The notes under the pieces are model-generated. The model searched no databases, had not been told where the DNA came from, and was given only the letters and a program-made list of their open reading frames with translations. This document shows positions 59,378 to 64,000 of a DNA stretch of 64,000 nucleotides, one piece after another. The DNA comes from an uncultured Bacillota bacterium (GTDB lineage Bacteria; Sysuimicrobiota; Sysuimicrobiia; Sysuimicrobiales; Segetimicrobiaceae). The number at the start of each line of letters is the position of its first letter. Position 1 is the first letter of the stretch. The position numbers were made by a program, and so were the translations under genes. The stretch is from assembly GCA_963804645.1 (NCBI GenBank), contig CAWDRG010000022.1, positions 96,001-160,000 of the forward strand. The letters run 5' to 3'.

Positions 59378-60108
59378 GGACGGGTCTCGTCCCGGGCCAG
59401 GATCTCGGCCAGGTGCAGCGGGCGGACGCCGGCGCCCGCCCGAGACAGCCCGCCGCCGAGGTGCATCAGGCACGATACGTCCGTCCCGGTGACCACCGCG
59501 GCCCCGGTCTCCCGCACCGCGTCGACCTTGGACCGCAGCATCGCGCCGGACAGCGGCTCCATCTTGACCGCGAACGCCCCGCCGAAGCCGCAGCACTCGT
59601 CGGCCGCCGGCAGCGCGACGTACTCGAGACCGCGCACGGCGCGCAGCAGCCGCAGCGGCGCCTCATACAGGCCGAGTTCGCGATACCCGTGACAGGACAC
59701 GAGATACGTGACGCGGCCGGGAAAGGTCGCGCCGACGTCGGTCAGTCCGAGGCGCGCGACCAGAAACTCCGACAGTTCGTACGTGCGCGCGCCCACCGCG
59801 CGCGCGAGCTCCACGCCGGCCGGGTCCCCCTCAAACAACACCGGGTAAAAGTGCCGGACCATCCCGGCGCACGATCCCGACGGGGTCACGATCGCGTCCG
59901 CGTCCGCGAACGTCTCGAGGTGATGCCGCGCGATCCGCCGCGCCTCGTCCCAGAACCCGTCGTTGAACGGCAGTTGGCCGCAGCACGTCTGCGCCGGGGG
60001 CACGTCGACCTCCGCGCCGACCCGCTCCAGCACGCGCACCGCCGCCCGCGCAACATCGGGGAACAGTTGATCCACGAGGCAGGTTGTGAAGAGCGCGACG
60101 CGCGTCAT
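59374..60108 (-). CDS. lutA: LutA/YkgE CCG-domain protein
   Basis: LFTTCLVD, QTCCGQ, SGSC, CCGFGG.F and SCLMH motifs. Confidence 0.92.
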   Translation of the reverse strand: MTRVALFTTCLVDQLFPDVARAAVRVLERVGAEVDVPPAQTCCGQLPFNDGFWDEARRIARHHLETFADADAIVTPSGSCAGMVRHFYPVLFEGDPAGVELARAVGARTYELSEFLVARLGLTDVGATFPGRVTYLVSCHGYRELGLYEAPLRLLRAVRGLEYVALPAADECCGFGGAFAVKMEPLSGAMLRSKVDAVRETGAAVVTGTDVSCLMHLGGGLSRAGAGVRPLHLAEILARDETRP

Positions 60109-60348
60109 GGTGGGTACGGCTCAGCTTCTCGCCCGGTCCGAGCCGCACCTGCGCCGGCGGACCCGTTTCGGCCGCCGACGGCACGGGGGAAAATTATCGC
60201 CGCTGAGGAGGAAGCGCGAAAGAGGCCACGCACCATGCTTGCGCTGTTCGTGCTCGCGGGCGTGATCTTGTGGGCAACCGATCGTCTGATCGTCAGGTGA
60301 GCGCCCAGGGGCGGGCGGTGCACGCGCGTGAGACGGAAGGGCCCGCGG

Positions 60349-60861
60349 CTACGACTCGGACCGCGGGGCGCGGCGGGCGGGCCGGGGCGTCCGCGCGCCG
60401 AGCGCGCGGGCTATCCTCCGCTCCGCGTCGCGCTCCGCGATCCGCTCCCGCTTGTCGAACTCGCGGCGGCCCCGCGCCACGCCCAGCTCGACCTTGGCCA
60501 CCCCGTTGCGAAAATACAGCTTGAGCGGCACGAGCGTGTAGCCCTTCTGGTCGGCGCGGTCGGCGAGGCGCAGGATCTCCCGGCGGTGCAGCAGGAGCTT
60601 GCGCGTGCGCAGCGGGTCGTGATTATTGATGTTCCCCTGCTCGTACGGACTGATGTGGAGGTGGTACAGCCACGCCTCCCCGTCCTGCACCCTGGCGTAG
60701 GCGTCTTGGAGGTTCGCCCGCCCGGCGCGCAGCGATTTCACCTCGGTCCCGGTCAGGGCCAGGCCGGCTTCGTGGGATTCCTCGATCCAGTATTCGTGGC
60801 GCGCCCGGCGGTTCGTGATCACCGGGCGAGCCCCGTCGGCGTCGGCCGCGCGCTTGGCCAC
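60349..60861 (-). CDS. smpB: SsrA-binding protein
   Basis: NRRARHEY, L.GTEVKSLR, R.RKLLLH..EI and DKRE motifs. Confidence 0.97.
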   Translation of the reverse strand: MAKRAADADGARPVITNRRARHEYWIEESHEAGLALTGTEVKSLRAGRANLQDAYARVQDGEAWLYHLHISPYEQGNINNHDPLRTRKLLLHRREILRLADRADQKGYTLVPLKLYFRNGVAKVELGVARGRREFDKRERIAERDAERRIARALGARTPRPARRAPRSES

Positions 60862-60865
60862 GGTG

Positions 60866-61252
60866 CTACCCCGCGCGCACGAACGTGCCGAGCCCGTCGG
60901 CGAGGCGCGTGCCGTCCGGCAGCTCCAGCGCCGCTTCGGCCGAGAACACCCGGCCGCGCTCCTCCACGACCGCGGCCGTCACGATCAGCCGGGCGCCGAT
61001 CGGCGCCTCGCGCCGGAACCGCACCTCGAGCCGGGCGGTGAGCGTCTCCTGGCCCCGCATGTGGAACAGGTTGGCCATCGCGTCGTCGAGCGCGGCCGCC
61101 ACGATCCCGCCGTGGAGCACGCCCTCGTAGCCCTGGTACTGGGGACCCGGCGTGAACTCCGCGCGGACCCGGCCGCCGTCCTGCACAAACCGCAGGCGGA
61201 GCCCGATGGGATTCTCCGGACCGCACGCGAAGCACTGGTGGGCGTCACGCAC
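60866..61252 (-). CDS. PaaI/hotdog thioesterase
   Basis: CFACG..NP.GL and QGY.G.LHGG...A.LDD motifs. Confidence 0.88.
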   Translation of the reverse strand: MRDAHQCFACGPENPIGLRLRFVQDGGRVRAEFTPGPQYQGYEGVLHGGIVAAALDDAMANLFHMRGQETLTARLEVRFRREAPIGARLIVTAAVVEERGRVFSAEAALELPDGTRLADGLGTFVRAG

Positions 61253-63200
61253 CGGCCTGCTCCTCCACGCCTTCGAGCTCCCCGTACAGCGCCTCGAGCG
61301 CCGCGCAGACTTCCTCGTAGCGCTCCACCGTGCGGCGCGCCCGGTCGGCGTCTCGATACAACTCGGGATCGCCCATCAGCCGGCTGAGATCCGTCTGCTC
61401 CGTCTCCAGCGCGGCGATCCTGGCGACGAGCTCGGAGGCGTTCGGGGCCGCGCCGCGCGACCCGGCGGCGCGCGTCTCGCCGCGCGCGCGGTCGCTGGGC
61501 GGTGTCGGCCGCACGGCCGCGGGCGGCGCGGCCGGACGCGGGACCGGGCGGCGCTCCCGCACGTCCGGCTGGGACGCGGCCTCGCGCGCCGCGAGCGCTG
61601 CGCGGTAGGCGTGGTACGGCCCGGCGGCCTCCACGACCGTCCCGCCGCCGAGCACCAAGAGACGCGAGGCCACGTGGTCGAGCAGGTAGCGGTCGTGGGA
61701 GACGAGCAGCATCGCACCGGGAAACGCGCGCAGGGCGCCTTCGAGCGCCTCGAGCGAAGGCAGATCGAGATGCGTCGTCGGCTCGTCGAGCAGCAGCACG
61801 TCGGGCCGATCCAGCACCAGCTTCGCGAGCGCGACCCGGCGCCGCTCGCCTCCGCTCAACTGGCCGATCCGCTTATACGCCGTCTCCCCGGAGAACAGAA
61901 ACCGCCCCAGCAGCGTGCGCACCTGTTCGGGTGAGAGCGGCCGGCTCCCGAGCACCTCGTCGAGCACCGTGCGATCGAGATCGAGGGCCTCCTCGGCGTG
62001 CTGCGCGAAGTAGCCCAGCCGCACGCCCGGACCCAGCTCCACGGTCCCCGACGTCGCGGGCTCGAGCCCGGCCGCGATCCGGAGGATCGTCGTCTTGCCC
62101 GTGCCGTTCGGGCCGATCATCCCGACTTTCTCGCCCCGACGGATCTCGAACGAGACCTGGCGCAGCACCTCGCGCTCGTCGAAGCGCTTCGTCAGGTTCC
62201 GAGCGCGCAGGACGAGCTGAGGGCCCCGCCGCGGCGCGTCGAGACGAAACGACAGCGTGCGGGCGTGCTTCGGGGCCGCGATCGGCTGGATCTTGGCCAG
62301 CCGCTTCTCGCGAGACTTGGCCTGCCGTGCGTTCTGACCACCGCTGGCGTGATTGCGCCGGATGTAGTCCTTGAGCCCCTCGACCTCTTCCTGCTGGCGC
62401 TCGAACAGCTCCTGCTGCCGGGCCCGGCGCGCCACCCGCTCGGCCGCATAGTAGGAGTAATTGCCGGGGTAGTCTTCGATCCGGCCGTCCTCCAGCTCGA
62501 GCGTGCGCGTGGTCACCGCGTCGAGCAGGTACCGGTCGTGACTGACCAGCAGCAGCGCCCCGCGGGACTGCGCGAGAAATCCCTGGAGCCATTCGAGCGC
62601 GTCGAGATCGAGATGGTTGGTCGGCTCGTCGAGCAGCAGCATGTCGGGCCCCGACAGCAGGAGGCGCGCCAGCGCCGCGCGGGACCGCTGGCCGCCGCTC
62701 ATCGACGCGAGCGGCTGCTCGAACTGCTCCTCTTCGAACCCGAGTCCGGCGAGGGTGCGGCGGATCTCCGCCTCGTACGTGAAGCCGCCGGTCGTCTCAA
62801 ACCGGTCCCGGAGGCGGCCGTACTCTTCGAGCGCGCTGGCGAGCTTCGCGTCGTCGCCGTGCACCTCCGGAGACGCCATCAGCGCCTCGGCGTCCGCGAG
62901 ACGCTGCTCCACCTGCCGGAGCCCCGCGAACGCCGCGGCCGCCTCTTCCCACAGCGTGTGCCCGTCGCTCACGTCCGGGATCTGCGCAAGGTAGCCCGCG
63001 CGTGCCCCGGGACGGAGGCTCACGGCGCCCCCATCCGCGTGGTCGAGGCCGGCGAGCAGCCGCAGCACGGTCGTCTTCCCCACGCCGTTGCGGCCGACGA
63101 GCCCGAGTTTCTCGCCCGGCTCGACGCCAAACGAAACGCCGGCGAGCACCGTGGTGTCGCCGTACGCCCTCGTCAGATTGGAGACGCTGAGTACTGGCAT
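61245..63200 (-). CDS. ABC-F family ATPase
   Basis: Two ABC domains (GRNGVGKT/DEPTNHL and GPNGTGKT/DEPTTHL), GNYS linker, no TM segments. Confidence 0.93.
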   Translation of the reverse strand: MPVLSVSNLTRAYGDTTVLAGVSFGVEPGEKLGLVGRNGVGKTTVLRLLAGLDHADGGAVSLRPGARAGYLAQIPDVSDGHTLWEEAAAAFAGLRQVEQRLADAEALMASPEVHGDDAKLASALEEYGRLRDRFETTGGFTYEAEIRRTLAGLGFEEEQFEQPLASMSGGQRSRAALARLLLSGPDMLLLDEPTNHLDLDALEWLQGFLAQSRGALLLVSHDRYLLDAVTTRTLELEDGRIEDYPGNYSYYAAERVARRARQQELFERQQEEVEGLKDYIRRNHASGGQNARQAKSREKRLAKIQPIAAPKHARTLSFRLDAPRRGPQLVLRARNLTKRFDEREVLRQVSFEIRRGEKVGMIGPNGTGKTTILRIAAGLEPATSGTVELGPGVRLGYFAQHAEEALDLDRTVLDEVLGSRPLSPEQVRTLLGRFLFSGETAYKRIGQLSGGERRRVALAKLVLDRPDVLLLDEPTTHLDLPSLEALEGALRAFPGAMLLVSHDRYLLDHVASRLLVLGGGTVVEAAGPYHAYRAALAAREAASQPDVRERRPVPRPAAPPAAVRPTPPSDRARGETRAAGSRGAAPNASELVARIAALETEQTDLSRLMGDPELYRDADRARRTVERYEEVCAALEALYGELEGVEEQAGA

Positions 63201-63290
63201 CGCCGAGTTCGATCCCATCCCGCGCGCCGTGCGCGCGACCCGCCAGAATGTACTAAGTTGCCGGACGTCGTGTCAAGCGCGGCAGCGCGC

Positions 63291-63815
63291 TCAGGCCTGA
63301 TGCTCCCGCCCCCACTCGAGCGGCCGGTTCTGCAGCAGTTCGACGGCGTGGGGCAGGATGGGCAGCAGCACGTCCATCCACTCCCGCACGGCCTTCGGAC
63401 TCCCCGGCAGGTTCACGATCAGCGTGTGGCCCCGGATGCCCGCGACGGCGCGCGAGAGCGCGGCCAGCGGCGAGCGCGCCGCGGTCGCCACGCGGGCCGC
63501 CTCGGGAATCCCCGGGACCTGCCGCTCGACGACGCGGAGCGTCGCCTCGGGCGTCACGTCGCGGCCCGCGACACCGCTGCCGCCGGTCGTCAGCACCAGG
63601 TCCACGCCGAGCGTGTCCGCCATGTCCGCGAGCGTCCGCGCGATCGTGTCGAGATCGTCCGGTACGGTGACGTGCACGACGATCTCGGCGCCCCGCGCGC
63701 CGAGCGTGTCCACGAGGTACTGGCCGCTGTCGTTCGCCCCGGCGCCCCGGCTGACGCGGTCGCTCGCGGTCAGGACGCCGCACCGCATGCCGCGCATCCG
63801 CCGCCCCTCGCTCAT
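63291..63815 (-). CDS. mog: MogA/MoaB molybdopterin adenylyltransferase
   Basis: TTGGSG...RDVTPEA, LSRA and NLPGSP motifs. Confidence 0.9.
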   Translation of the reverse strand: MSEGRRMRGMRCGVLTASDRVSRGAGANDSGQYLVDTLGARGAEIVVHVTVPDDLDTIARTLADMADTLGVDLVLTTGGSGVAGRDVTPEATLRVVERQVPGIPEAARVATAARSPLAALSRAVAGIRGHTLIVNLPGSPKAVREWMDVLLPILPHAVELLQNRPLEWGREHQA

Positions 63816-64000
63816 CGCGCGGCCCTCGCCCTGCGGCGCGCTTCTCCCGCGCGCACGTAGGTCCCAGACGCCCCCCCGGACTTCCGGACGAGCCGGATGT
63901 TCCGAATCACCATGCCGCGCTCGACCGCCTTCAGCATGTCATACACGGTGAGCGCGGCCACCGCCACCGCGACGAGCGCCTCCATCTCGGCCCCGGTGCG
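63812..64000 (-). CDS. moaC: MoaC, C-terminal part; the gene starts beyond the window
   Basis: TGAEMEAL...[11 protein letters not shown]...KSGG.SG; stop overlaps the mog start. Confidence 0.9.
   Translation of the reverse strand, partial: RTGAEMEALVAVAVAALTVYDMLKAVERGMVIRNIRLVRKSGGASGTYVRAGEARRRARAAR

Noticed and set aside
60235..60300. 21-aa hydrophobic peptide MLALFVLAGVILWATDRLIVR
   Set aside because: Plausible small membrane protein, but too short to support without conservation or expression data.

Overview
GC-rich bacterial window with three zones. (1) 1-14.4 kb looks like the edge of a biosynthetic or envelope-modification cluster: probable polyprenyl synthase start, alpha/beta hydrolase, DUF4254, Sfp-type PPTase, NodU/CmcH carbamoyltransferase, GT-B glycosyltransferase-like gene, FkbM-like methyltransferase, DMFase-like gene, nucleotide-sugar enzymes and a MacB-like exporter. 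(2) 14.4-55.3 kb is a plasticity zone with many gene fragments, an orphan hcp, a copper/ECF module and three IS elements with target-site duplications (TSDs). It holds a stack of six direct copies of the last 28 nt of the tmRNA gene (ssrA, 55264-55614, minus strand). These copies delimit segments that now lack an integrase, three of which are essentially single toxin-antitoxin (TA) modules with their own promoters and operators. Two distant half-sites (35605 and 39538) rejoin into a 48-bp site with perfect 15-bp inverted arms, resembling a serine-recombinase attP. This site appears to lie inside a recombinase reading frame, so integration at the tmRNA 3' end would swap that protein's C-terminus. 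(3) 55.3-64 kb is core genome: ssrA, an amidase, lutABC-like genes, smpB, a thioesterase, ABC-F, mog and moaC. All protein calls come from motif recognition by eye; no database search was run.
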